32,000 nucleotides of DNA. It comes from Dubosiella newyorkensis. Lineage in GTDB: Bacteria > Bacillota_I > Bacilli_A > Erysipelotrichales > Erysipelotrichaceae. The position numbers were made by a program, and so were the translations under genes. Shown piece by piece: positions 14,747 through 23,887 of the stretch. Numbering within the stretch: the stretch's first letter is position 1; the number at the start of each line of letters is the position of its first letter. The stretch is from assembly GCF_001945605.1 (NCBI RefSeq), contig NZ_MPKA01000047.1:1-32000 (forward strand), in the 5' to 3' direction. The notes below the pieces were generated by a model. The model was not told where the DNA came from and ran no database searches. It worked only from the letters and a program-made list of their open reading frames with translations.

Positions 14747-15349
14747 ATGTCAAGACTTCAAAAACAAATCGATTTCTGTCAGGAGATCGATCAAGAAAAA
14801 GGAATCGAGCGCAAAACGCTCACCTTGAAAGGAGAACGATTTGAAAACGATGCCGAACACGCGTGGCACGCGGCTTTGATGGCCATCTTGCTCCAAGAGC
14901 ACGCCAACGAAGAGATCGACCTTCTTAAAACCGTCACGATGCTTTTGATCCACGACCTTGTCGAAATCGATGCCGGGGACACATACGCTTATGATGAAAA
15001 AGGCCAAGAAAACCATTATGAAAAAGAATATAAAGCTGCCAAACGGATCTATGGCCTTCTTCCTGAAGATCAAAGAAAATACCTTATGGGTTTATGGGAA
15101 GAATTTGAAGCGCAAAAAACCCCAGAAGCGCGCTTTGCCCGCACGATCGACAATTTCCAGCCCACGATGCTCAATCACGCTTCCAAAGGAGAAATGTGGA
15201 AACGAAACCAGATCAAGCTATCGCAAGTTTTGAAACGAAACGAACCTTCGAAGCGAGGCTCTCAAGTCTTGTGGGACTATTCATACCAAAACTTTATCGA
15301 GCCCCATTTAAACCAAGAGTTAGAGGACGATACTAAGAAAAGCGATTGA
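14747..15349 (+). CDS. HD-domain phosphohydrolase (YfbR-like 5'-nucleotidase family)
   Basis: ENDAEHAWHAALMA...LLIHDLVEIDAGDTYAYD (the H...HD...D metal-binding pattern). 200 aa. Confidence 0.8.
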   Translation: MSRLQKQIDFCQEIDQEKGIERKTLTLKGERFENDAEHAWHAALMAILLQEHANEEIDLLKTVTMLLIHDLVEIDAGDTYAYDEKGQENHYEKEYKAAKRIYGLLPEDQRKYLMGLWEEFEAQKTPEARFARTIDNFQPTMLNHASKGEMWKRNQIKLSQVLKRNEPSKRGSQVLWDYSYQNFIEPHLNQELEDDTKKSD

Positions 15350-15396
15350 CCATAATACTGTATTATTTTAAAATATTAGTATAAAGGGGGCCCATT

Positions 15397-15693
15397 ATGG
15401 AACAAGAACAAATCATGAATGATCGAAACAACGACAAGCTTAGAAACCGTTTTTTCAAGATCGCTTACATCCTCTTCGTCCTCGCCTTCAACGCTTTGCT
15501 TTTCTTTCTTAGAGAGCACGGTTTCGCCTGGGAAGCAAGCGTCTTTTCGTACCTTTTCTTAACGATCCTTTCCGTACTTTGGCCAGCGTATCTCTATTTC
15601 AAGACAAAAAACAAAGAGAACTTGCTGCTGATCGTGTTCGCCTTGGCAATTTGGGGTCTACCTCTCCTTTCTACGCTCACGAAAGGACGTTGA
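15397..15693 (+). CDS. Small membrane protein, hypothetical
   Basis: 98 aa with 3 predicted TM segments. AAAGGGGG RBS. Confidence 0.5.
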   Translation: MEQEQIMNDRNNDKLRNRFFKIAYILFVLAFNALLFFLREHGFAWEASVFSYLFLTILSVLWPAYLYFKTKNKENLLLIVFALAIWGLPLLSTLTKGR

Positions 15694-15718
15694 CCTTTAA
15701 GCGAGAAGAGTGTCCCTT

Positions 15719-15747
15719 TTGAAACTTCGAGTTCACTTCTCTATACT
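15719..15747 (+). promoter_or_regulatory. Candidate promoter of the lipoprotein gene
   Basis: TTGAAA (15719-15724), 17-nt spacer, TATACT (15742-15747). Confidence 0.45.
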
Positions 15748-15769
15748 GAACGTACAGGGAGGTCACTCT

Positions 15770-16630
15770 ATGAAATTTTATAAATCACTTCTCGTTTTAG
15801 GAAGTTTCTTTTTATTGGCCGGCTGCGCGCAACAAGAAAAACTCACGTCGATCTCGCTCGATCCGGAAGCCGACAAAGTCCTTGTCAATACGGACACCGA
15901 CATCCGGATCACGACCGATCCAAAAAACATTCAGCTGACAGATTCTGATTTCGCCACTTTAGGCGCAAATATTTCTGTCGACAAAGACAATGCGGAGTTT
16001 TCCGCTTCCAAACCAGGCGTCTATACCGTTAAAGCAAGCAAAAATGGCATCACGAGCAATACGGTCAAGATCACCGTTGTCCAAGAAAAAAGCGAGCTTG
16101 CTCAAGTAACGGTCCCAAAAAAGCAAACAAAACCAACCACTGAAGAAAACGTCGTCAATGAAACCCAAAACGATGTCAATATTCAAGTGAATGAAGAAAC
16201 CGATAGTACGCAGATCCCGCAGACAAGCGCGCCAAGTCAAGATATAAGCAGTACGGCGCCAAGCCAAAGCGGTACGAGCCAAAATGACGCGAGTCAAAGC
16301 ACGCAACCATCTTCCTCGAGCGATGATTCGCAAACAAAGGATGACCAGACGAGCCAAAATGATCAAAAATCAAACACATACGTTCCGCCAAAAGCAGATC
16401 CAAACGCGCTCGATCCAGCCACCGTGCTCAAAGACCCAGACCAATACGTTGGCCAATCGCTCACGTTAGTCGGTGATCTCAACGCGAAAGGAACCGCGCT
16501 CGATGGACTCGATTTGACCGGTTTGAACGTAAAGATCCACTCTGTTCCTGCCCAGCTGACAGGCACATTGGAAAAACAAAGCGACGGAAGCTATGTGCTC
16601 GATGTGAACAGCTACGCCCAAGTACAATAA
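15770..16630 (+). CDS. Lipoprotein with an Ig-like (Big_2-like) segment and a Ser/Gln/Thr/Asp-rich linker
   Basis: The start is at ATG 15770 (GGGAGG RBS). Signal peptide MKFYKSLLVLGSFFLLAGC with a lipobox. YTVKASKNGITSNTVKITV is a Big_2-like strand pattern. A low-complexity STQ-rich region follows. Confidence 0.7.
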   Translation: MKFYKSLLVLGSFFLLAGCAQQEKLTSISLDPEADKVLVNTDTDIRITTDPKNIQLTDSDFATLGANISVDKDNAEFSASKPGVYTVKASKNGITSNTVKITVVQEKSELAQVTVPKKQTKPTTEENVVNETQNDVNIQVNEETDSTQIPQTSAPSQDISSTAPSQSGTSQNDASQSTQPSSSSDDSQTKDDQTSQNDQKSNTYVPPKADPNALDPATVLKDPDQYVGQSLTLVGDLNAKGTALDGLDLTGLNVKIHSVPAQLTGTLEKQSDGSYVLDVNSYAQVQ

Positions 16631-16638
16631 AATGAAAG

Positions 16639-16667
16639 AAGCGATCCATAAAAAGATCGCTTTTTTT
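16639..16667 (+). terminator. Intrinsic terminator of the lipoprotein gene
   Basis: AAGCGATC-CATAAAAA-GATCGCTT followed by T-run. Confidence 0.75.
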
Positions 16668-16740
16668 CATCGTTTTCATTCTTTTCAAATTTGTTTCATT
16701 CCCGTATAATCTACGAGTGTGTAAAGCGAGGTAATAACTA

Positions 16741-17772
16741 ATGGCATTCAAAATAAATCATGAACTCCCTTCTCCGGATGTATTGAAGGAACTTGTTCCT
16801 CTTAGCGAAGAGGCCAAAGAAGTCAAACGAGCAAGAGATGAAGAGATCAAAGATGTCTTTACCGGAAAATCCGACAAATTCATCGTGATCGTCGGTCCAT
16901 GTTCCGCCGACAATCCAGACACCGTTCTAGAATACGTACATCGTTTAAAAGATCTGAATGAAAAAGTAAACGACAAATTGGTTTTGATTCCGCGCGTTTA
17001 TACAAACAAACCAAGAACGACGGGCGATGGCTATAAAGGAATGCTCCATCAGCCCGATCCCAACGAAAACCCAGATTTATTGGCTGGCATCTTAGCGATC
17101 CGTAAAATGCATCTGCAGATCTTAGAAGAAACAGGCTTGTCGGCCGCCGATGAAATGTTGTACCCAAGCAACCGCGATTATCTCGACGATCTGCTCAGCT
17201 ACGAAGCTGTCGGCGCGCGCTCGGTCGAAAACCAGCAGCACCGCCTTGTCGCTAGCGGGGCCGATATTCCTGTCGGTATGAAAAATCCAACAAGTGGTGA
17301 TCTAAGCGTCATGATCAATTCCGTCACAGCCGCTCAGCACCCTCATAACTTTATTCATCGCATGTATGATGTCGAATCGACCGGCAATCCGCTCGCTCAT
17401 ACGATATTAAGAGGGGGCGTAGATAAATTTGGGACCGCCATCCCGAATTATCACTATGAAGACTTGATGCGCCTATACAATGAATATCAAAAAACTTCAT
17501 TAAAAAACCCGGCTGTGATCGTGGATTGCAACCACTACAACTCGGGCAAAAAATATAAAGAACAGATCCGGATCGCCAAAGAGATCTTGCACTCCCGCAA
17601 CTATGATCCGCGGCTCAAAGAACTCGTCAAAGGCTTGATGATCGAAAGCTATCTTGAAGAAGGGCGTCAAGACATTTGCGAAACGATGATCCCAGGAAAA
17701 TCGATCACCGACCCATGCTTAGGCTGGGAAGATACAGAACAGCTCATTCTTGAGATCTATGAGAAATGTTGA
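16741..17772 (+). CDS. aroF: 3-deoxy-7-phosphoheptulonate (DAHP) synthase, class I alpha type
   Basis: 343 aa. FIVIVGPCSADNP, RVYTNKPRTT, VGMKNPTSG. The isozyme (F/G/H) is not resolvable from sequence. Confidence 0.85.
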   Translation: MAFKINHELPSPDVLKELVPLSEEAKEVKRARDEEIKDVFTGKSDKFIVIVGPCSADNPDTVLEYVHRLKDLNEKVNDKLVLIPRVYTNKPRTTGDGYKGMLHQPDPNENPDLLAGILAIRKMHLQILEETGLSAADEMLYPSNRDYLDDLLSYEAVGARSVENQQHRLVASGADIPVGMKNPTSGDLSVMINSVTAAQHPHNFIHRMYDVESTGNPLAHTILRGGVDKFGTAIPNYHYEDLMRLYNEYQKTSLKNPAVIVDCNHYNSGKKYKEQIRIAKEILHSRNYDPRLKELVKGLMIESYLEEGRQDICETMIPGKSITDPCLGWEDTEQLILEIYEKC

Positions 17773-18298
17773 ACCATTTCTCTTTTTTTATGCAAAAATA
17801 CGCAAGATAGCTTCCAATCGCCGCCGAAACGATCCCACCCAAAATATCGGTTGGATAATGCGCTCCCAAATACATTCTTGAAAAGCCAACGAGAAGTCCA
17901 TACATCAAACCAGCCCATATCCAGCCTTTCTTTTTTTGCCAAACTAGCATCCAAAACACGGAAAAAGCCGCTGCCGTATGCGAAGAAGGAAAGGAAGAGC
18001 CTCCAGGAACCGGTCCGATCAAATGCAGGACATCGTATTGCATGAACGGTCGGATGCGTGAAAAAAAAGGTTTGATCCCGTAGGAATTCAACAAAAAACA
18101 AACAAGATACGAAACAAACAGGCTGATTCCTATTTTCCGCGTCTTTTTAAATCCACACAAAACCAGCAAGAAGACAGGCAAGAGCCAAACCGAATCCGAA
18201 ATCGCCTGCATGATTTCATTCATCCAAGAAGAACGCAAGTTTTCTTGGATCCAATACAAGATCTGTCCATCCAAGCTCATAAGGAACGCCTCCTCCAA
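17744..18298 (-). CDS. PAP2-family phosphatase (undecaprenyl-diphosphatase / lipid phosphatase type)
   Basis: KPFFSRIRP, SFPSSHTAAAF and SRMYLGAHYPTDILGG (the three PAP2 motifs). The start may be the internal ATG at 18280. The 3' end overlaps aroF convergently by 29 nt. Confidence 0.8.
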   Translation of the reverse strand: MEEAFLMSLDGQILYWIQENLRSSWMNEIMQAISDSVWLLPVFLLVLCGFKKTRKIGISLFVSYLVCFLLNSYGIKPFFSRIRPFMQYDVLHLIGPVPGGSSFPSSHTAAAFSVFWMLVWQKKKGWIWAGLMYGLLVGFSRMYLGAHYPTDILGGIVSAAIGSYLAYFCIKKEKWFNISHRSQE

Positions 18299-18543
18299 GC
18301 ATAATATTCTTCGTCTTTCTTTTCATCGATTCCTTCTTCGCTTTGCGAAAGCACGAACGTATTGTTGGAAAAAAGCGATACAAAATCCGTTGGCGTAAGG
18401 CAAGAATGCCATTGATCGGAAACAAGCTGATACATCTTCCCCTTTTTTTGAACGAGCGTTCTTGACTCGATCATTTGAAGCACGTGTCCTTGTTCTAGCC
18501 AATACATCGCTTTTTCGATCCTCATCGTATCTATTTGATCCAT
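18277..18543 (-). CDS. Hypothetical protein, 88 aa
   Basis: GGAG lies 8 nt upstream of the ATG at 18543. It abuts or overlaps the PAP2 gene start. I recognise no family. Confidence 0.45.
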   Translation of the reverse strand: MDQIDTMRIEKAMYWLEQGHVLQMIESRTLVQKKGKMYQLVSDQWHSCLTPTDFVSLFSNNTFVLSQSEEGIDEKKDEEYYAWRRRSL

Positions 18544-18595
18544 AAATTACTCCAATTCTAATTAAGTGTATCATACTCTCCTCCAAACGTGTAAG

Positions 18596-18622
18596 AAAGA
18601 AAAAAGACCCCGAACGAGGTCC
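18596..18622 (-). terminator. Terminator after the DUF871 gene
   Basis: Minus strand: GGACCUC-GUUC-GGGGUCU (7 bp including two G-U) followed by UUUUUCUUUC. Confidence 0.45.
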
Positions 18623-18630
18623 TTTCTATC

Positions 18631-19716
18631 TTAGTAAATGAGTTTAAATGTACACCAGGCATCTAAATAATCAAGGAGGATCTGCTCTTCTTCTTGAATA
18701 TGTCCCACTACATTTTTTCTTCCATCGTTTGGCATATCTTGAAGGACGATATGGAGCTCTCCTTTATATCGATCGTAAAGTTCGTTGACGATCACGACAT
18801 CGCCTCGCTTAAGATCCTTCGTATTCTTTGGAGGAATAGAAGCGTTCTTGAACGTTCTTCGAGGTGCGGTGCTCCTAGCCGCGTACGGATTTCTATCCCC
18901 TCTCACTTCATGGATATGTTCGAACAAGATCTTCTTTTCCACTTCTTCTAAATCTTTTTCGCATTCGACTTTGATGCCAAGCACATTTGGATCGATTTGC
19001 GAAAGCGCTTCGAGCTCCTTGTCGGATGGAAAACAATTGGCGATCAGCACATCGTCGACAAGTCCGGTCGCGAACAAATGACGGGCTTGCAAATCGATGG
19101 GCAGATCCCGATGCATTTCGAGCGTGCATAATCCTTCGTTAACATTCCATGGCCCAAACGCGTCGGGTTCTTGACTGGAAATAAATGCGGCAATCGGCAA
19201 TCCAAGATGACGAATCGCTCGAGAAGTTTTATAAAAAGTTTCAAACGATAAGCCCGAATAGCGCTGTGGATAAAAATTATGGCATGTCAGCAAAAAGTCA
19301 AGGTTCGGCTTGTAACTTACGATATTCTCGATCGCCTGGTTATCCATGGAAGCATTCAGCTCGATCTTGAAACGTTGGGGATTATAGGTCATTTTAGCTT
19401 CTCGATGCCCATCAAATCCTTCATCGAGCCGAATGCCGTCGGCATGGATCTCTTCAAAAAACGAGAGATCATCATAGGCGATATCTAAGCGATCGAACAC
19501 ATAAGGGGCAACATCTAAGATGACTTCCATATCGTTTTGGTGAGCGTGATCGATAAGTTCCTTGAATTCAGCTTTGATTTCTTCCTTTGGCTTATTCACG
19601 GAAAGAAGGCAAGTAAAGATGCGTCGAAACCCGCAGTGGGAAGCCAGATCGATATACTCCTTGTTTCTTTGTAACGAGGCGTGTTCAGGATAGATCGAGA
19701 TTCCTAATCGTTTCAT
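18631..19716 (-). CDS. DUF871 / MupG-like family protein (6-phospho-glycosidase family)
   Basis: 361 aa. MKRLGISIYPEH...EVILDVAP...ADGIRLDEGF is typical of DUF871 (PF05913), and it lies adjacent to a PTS EIIC gene, as is common for this family. Confidence 0.75.
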   Translation of the reverse strand: MKRLGISIYPEHASLQRNKEYIDLASHCGFRRIFTCLLSVNKPKEEIKAEFKELIDHAHQNDMEVILDVAPYVFDRLDIAYDDLSFFEEIHADGIRLDEGFDGHREAKMTYNPQRFKIELNASMDNQAIENIVSYKPNLDFLLTCHNFYPQRYSGLSFETFYKTSRAIRHLGLPIAAFISSQEPDAFGPWNVNEGLCTLEMHRDLPIDLQARHLFATGLVDDVLIANCFPSDKELEALSQIDPNVLGIKVECEKDLEEVEKKILFEHIHEVRGDRNPYAARSTAPRRTFKNASIPPKNTKDLKRGDVVIVNELYDRYKGELHIVLQDMPNDGRKNVVGHIQEEEQILLDYLDAWCTFKLIY

Positions 19717-19720
19717 CGTT

Positions 19721-21112
19721 TTAATCCACCTCTTTCATTCGATTGGCCAAGATCACAAATGGCGCCCAGATCAAGAACGATAACCCAAGATTGAGCAGCG
19801 AAACAAGTCCAGCTAGAAGATTGCCACCCGTTCCTAAAAACGCATAGATCCCCACTGGCATCACCCACGGCACTTGCACATAGACTGGAGGGATCATTCC
19901 CGAAGCGGTAAACAAATAGGCGACAAGCGTGCAGATCGGTGGAACGATGAGCCAAGGAATAAAGTAGATCGGATTCAATACGATCGGAAGCCCAAAGATC
20001 ACGGGCTCATTGATGTTGAACAAGCCCATTGGAGCGGAAAGCTTGGCGACTTCACGCACATCTTTTCGTTTCGAGAAGACAAAGATCGCGATCAGCAATC
20101 CTAACGTGACGCCTGCCCCTCCCATTTGCGAGTAGGCGGGAAAAGAGCCTTGCGTCCAAATATAAGGCATTCCTTGAGTCGTTCGATGTTGTTCAAAATA
20201 GGCAAGGTCTTCCAGCAAGGCTGGCGTGTAGACACCAAGCACGAATGGATCGAGGATATTGGAGCCATGCAATCCAAAAAACCAAAGCACTTGAACCAAG
20301 AAAGAGACAAGAATCGCGCTAAACATATTTTGCGACAAGCCCATGAGCGGGGCTTGAAGCCATTATTGGATGAGCTCGTTTGGATACATCCCGCCCCAGG
20401 CCACACAACATTGGGTAATAATGGCAAATACATAGATCGCGATACAGCCAGGAATGATGGCCGCGAACGAATGACTCACGGCTGGCGGAACGTTTTCGGG
20501 CATTTTGATCGTGATGTTGGCTTGCATGAGCTTGATGTAGATCATCGATGAAACAAGCCCCACGATCAAAGCGGTAAACAAACCAGTCGCTCCAGTGTAG
20601 GCGCTTCCTAAATATCCCCATTGCGTTACGGCAAGGCTGACTGTGTCTTCTTTTGCGATCGCGTCGACGCCTAAGGCCTGCAGCGCGGATACGTTCGATG
20701 GATCGACTTGCTCGAGCACAAGATCGAAGACGGCGCTTTGATTCATACATGTGACAACGGCAGAAAAGGCGATCACGCCTCCAGCGATCGGGTTGACATC
20801 ATACGCTTTTGCCAAATGATAGCCTAGCGAGAACGCGAAGGCTAAAGCAAGAATCGTGATCGATCCAAAATATACGCTACCGTTCACTTTGATGAGCGGA
20901 TCCATCATCGCGGTAAACGAGTTTCCATCTCCCCACCAGGAATTTGGCAAATCGCGAACGAACACGTTGAGCAACACAGAGATGCTTCCGACCATCGTGA
21001 TCGGCATGATGGCGATAAAACCATCACGAATGGCGACAAGGTGTTTTTGGTTGCCGATCTTGGCGGCAACAGGCATAAAATGTTCTTGCATCCAATCTAA
21101 AAATCCATGCAT
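19721..21112 (-). pseudogene. PTS EIIC component (cellobiose/lactose family) interrupted by a single in-frame TAA
   Basis: ORFs 20363..21112 and 19721..20344 are in the same frame. The junction reads ...PNELIQ-TAA-WLQAPLMGLSQNMF... with the TAA at 20363-20365. Motifs: FMPVAAKIGNQKHLVAIRDGF and LWFFGLHGSNIL. Confidence 0.8.
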
Positions 21113-21238
21113 AAAATAAAAATCCTTTCTATCGATTATTTTTAGTTCTGAATGGATTTAAACATGAAAGCGCTTTAGAATCTATTGGTACGACCGAAAA
21201 TATTCAATCTATTGTATATTGTATATTTAAACGTATAC

Positions 21239-21267
21239 AAAAAAAGAGCGAAGAAATTCTTCGCTCT
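21239..21267 (-). terminator. Terminator of rubrerythrin
   Basis: Minus strand: AGAGCGAAG-AAUUU-CUUCGCUCU followed by U7. The stem overlaps the stop codon. Confidence 0.75.
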
Positions 21268-21817
21268 AGCAATCGTAATCGATCAATTGTTGGAAGTTTG
21301 CTTGTGGGTTTTGGCAAACAGGGCATTTGATTGGCGCTTCTTTGGCTTCGCAAATGTATCCGCACTTCAAGCACATCCATTTTACTGGTTCATCGCGTTT
21401 GAAGACAGTTCCCGATTGAACTTGGTCAAGCATCGCTTGGTAACGATCTCTATGATGATGTTCGATATTTCCGACTTCACGGAATAAACGGGCGATTTCG
21501 GTGTTTCCTTCTGCTTCCGCTTCTTCTGCGAATGTTTTATACATCGTATCCCACTCATAGTTTTCACCAGCCCAAGCATCAATCAAATTTTGTTCTGTGT
21601 TTGGAATGGATCCACCATGCAATGCTTTGAACCACATTCTCGCATGTTCGTTTTCATTGCCAGACGTTTGTCTAAAAATATTGCCAATGACTTTATACCC
21701 TTCTTTATCGGCTTGCAAAGAATACCAATAATACTTGATACAAGCCATTACTTCACCTTGAAGCGCGGTTTTTAAATTGGCGATCGTTTTTTCGCCTTTA
21801 AGATCTACATCAAACAT
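21266..21817 (-). CDS. rbr: Rubrerythrin
   Basis: Diiron four-helix motifs (GEVMACIKY, ENEHARMW, EAEGNTE, IEHHHRDRY) plus a C-terminal rubredoxin-like CLKCGY...CPVC. The start is chosen at ATG 21817 (GGAGG RBS). Confidence 0.9.
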   Translation of the reverse strand: MFDVDLKGEKTIANLKTALQGEVMACIKYYWYSLQADKEGYKVIGNIFRQTSGNENEHARMWFKALHGGSIPNTEQNLIDAWAGENYEWDTMYKTFAEEAEAEGNTEIARLFREVGNIEHHHRDRYQAMLDQVQSGTVFKRDEPVKWMCLKCGYICEAKEAPIKCPVCQNPQANFQQLIDYDC

Positions 21818-21887
21818 TTTGATTACCTCCATGTAGTTTCATTGTAGTCTTTCATGGAGACCAAAACAAAAAGAACGCTCGAATAAA

Positions 21888-22277
21888 TCAATCGCTCGCC
21901 GCCCAAGATGGCATTTCTTTGCCACGGCGCACTAAGATCGCCTTTTGAAATTGGGTCTGGTTCAAAAATTGAAGGATCTTTTCCGTTTCTTTTTCAGTAC
22001 AGCCGACAAGAAGTTTGACTTCGCAGTCTTTCTTTAAAATATCCGCCGAAATAGCGATCGCTTTCACATACGATTCATGCAGGGTCCCTTTAAAAACATC
22101 GATCGGCGCTTGATCCGATCCAACCGTATCGGATAGAAAGCCATAATCCACAGGATACACTAAGTTGGAATACTTGAAATGCGAAGTACCTTTCGGCCGA
22201 TCGATCGTGCAGGAACAGGATAAAAGAAGTGTATCCAGCTTTTGCCAAAAATACACATTATTCTCTAATTCTTTCAT
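21888..22277 (-). CDS. Small inorganic-pyrophosphatase-like (PPase fold) protein
   Basis: 129 aa. IDRPKGTSH...YPVDYGFLSDTVGSDQAPIDVF resembles the YPxNYGFIPxT..DGDPxDV core of family I PPases. Confidence 0.5.
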   Translation of the reverse strand: MKELENNVYFWQKLDTLLLSCSCTIDRPKGTSHFKYSNLVYPVDYGFLSDTVGSDQAPIDVFKGTLHESYVKAIAISADILKKDCEVKLLVGCTEKETEKILQFLNQTQFQKAILVRRGKEMPSWAASD

Positions 22278-22387
22278 TCTTCCTCCTTAACAATTCACTC
22301 AGTTTCATTATTATACATCTTTTTTGAAAATTTTTCATCCATCTGAAACATTTTATTTCAACTTGAAGAATCATATCCTCTCGCTTT

Positions 22388-22419
22388 CCAAAACAAAGGC
22401 CTTCTCTACTGAAAAGGCC
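22388..22419 (-). terminator. Terminator after the truncated DUF871 copy
   Basis: Minus strand: GGCCUU-UUCAGUAGAG-AAGGCC followed by UUUGUUUUGG. Confidence 0.6.
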
Positions 22420-22427
22420 AAAACACA

Positions 22428-22751
22428 TCATTTAACATTCTTATTCGGGATCATTTCGACATCCATCCGCAAAATGTCGATTCCCATTTCTTTAAAAACG
22501 GAAAGATCGTCGTAATTGGCTCCGTTCTGCTCAAAAAACATTGTGTTGACATCGCCATCCACAACATAGCCAAGATCATGCGCGATCTTGGTGAGTTCTT
22601 GAAAATATTGAATGATTTCTTCTTTTGTTCCATCGACCGAAAAAATCGAGGTAAACAGATAATCGAAGCCATACTTGGCTCCCATTTTTAAATACGCTTC
22701 GATCTGTTCTTTGCTTTCTTGTTCCGGATATAAGCTGAGTCCTAATTTCAT
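22428..22751 (-). pseudogene. N-terminal fragment (about 107 aa) of a second DUF871/MupG-like gene
   Basis: MKLGLSLYPEQESKEQIEAYLKMGAKYGFDYLFTSIF...GIDILRMDVE parallels residues 1 to about 105 of the 361-aa paralog at 18631..19716, then stops. It has a GGAGGAG RBS and its own terminator. There is no room for the missing 250 residues. Confidence 0.7.
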
Positions 22752-22930
22752 AAAATTCTCCTCCATTTTTCCATTATAAAGGATGTTCTTTCCAAAAAAT
22801 GAAGAATGGATTTCCTAGCCGTCTGCTTCATTTTGCTTTTTTTCGATTGAATGGTGGATGGCGAGCGCTTATTTTCTTTTCTTCTTGGTCACAAAAAAAG
22901 ACGTGGGATTCACGCCTTTTCCGCTTTTCT

Positions 22931-23887
22931 TTATGGTTGTTTGAATGTTTCGATATATTGGTCCACTTCTTCCATCGTTGGCATCGATTTCAGGGCGCCG
23001 ATCCGCGTCGTGACGATCGAGGCGGCCGCATTGGCATGAACGAGCATATCGGCCAGCTTTTCTTCATCAAAATCTTCAAATGGCGTCTCGCATAAATAAG
23101 AGAGGCATACACCACAGAACGTATCGCCCGCTCCTGTCGTATCGCAGGTGTTGCGATTCAAGAACGCATCTTTGTAGACATGATGACCATTGCAGTAGAC
23201 TTGCGCTCCTTTCGGTCCAGAAGTCACCAAGATCATTTTGATCTTATAGTTGTCCTGCAGCTCTTTTACGCCTTCTTCGATCGTTTCTTTTCCAGTCATG
23301 AATTTGAGTTCTTCATCTTCGATCTTGAGAAAATCACATAAAGCGCAGCCCGCTTTCATTTGTTCTCTCGCTTCGTTGAGATCACTCCATAACGGAGGAC
23401 GCAAGTTTGGATCAAAGGAAATGATCGCTCCATGCTCTTTGGCGCAGGCGATCGCTTTTTTTGTCGCTTCGCGCACGCCTTCATGCGTCATGCTCAATGT
23501 TCCAAAGTGGAAGATCTTCGAGTCCTTGATCAAGTCTAGATCGACCTCTTCTTCTTTGAGCATCATATCCGCGCCAGGGTTGCGGTAAAACGAGAAGTCT
23601 CGATCTCCGGTTTCATCGAATTTTACGAACGCGAGCGTCGTGCGGACTTCAGGATCCATCACTAAGCCGGATGCGTCGATGCCAATTTCTTCGATCACCG
23701 ATTTTAACTGATTGCCAAACATATCGTCGCCGACTTTGCCAATAAAGGCCGTCTTCTTTCCCGCTTTATTGAGCATGGCTAGCACATTGCATGGAGCTCC
23801 GCCCGGATTGCCTTCGAAGGTGTTTATATCCTGTTGCGCAAAATCGATCAATAATTCACCAAGTGCTGTTACGTCTTTCGTTTTCAT
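22931..23887 (-). CDS. scrK: Fructokinase (PfkB family carbohydrate kinase)
   Basis: ALGELLIDF, GGAPCNV and TTGAGDTFCG, in the context of the sucrose operon. Confidence 0.85.
   Translation of the reverse strand: MKTKDVTALGELLIDFAQQDINTFEGNPGGAPCNVLAMLNKAGKKTAFIGKVGDDMFGNQLKSVIEEIGIDASGLVMDPEVRTTLAFVKFDETGDRDFSFYRNPGADMMLKEEEVDLDLIKDSKIFHFGTLSMTHEGVREATKKAIACAKEHGAIISFDPNLRPPLWSDLNEAREQMKAGCALCDFLKIEDEELKFMTGKETIEEGVKELQDNYKIKMILVTSGPKGAQVYCNGHHVYKDAFLNRNTCDTTGAGDTFCGVCLSYLCETPFEDFDEEKLADMLVHANAAASIVTTRIGALKSMPTMEEVDQYIETFKQP

Noticed and set aside
17744-17772. 29-nt convergent overlap of the aroF and PAP2 gene 3' ends with no terminator between them.
   Set aside because: Short convergent overlaps are common, and no further structure was seen. 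It is not informative on its own.
21179-21224. 9-bp direct repeat AATCTATTG (21179-21187 and 21206-21214) and tandem ATTGTAT upstream of the PTS EIIC gene, considered as a regulator binding site.
   Set aside because: It is too short, and the surrounding region too AT-rich, to distinguish from chance without comparative data. No regulator gene is adjacent.
21827-21859. Inverted repeat CTCCATG...CATGGAG spanning the rubrerythrin RBS, considered as an SD-sequestering RNA hairpin.
   Set aside because: The most plausible -10 (TACAAT) lies between the two arms. The upstream arm would then not be transcribed. At most it is a DNA-level operator, and no known PerR or Rex box matches.
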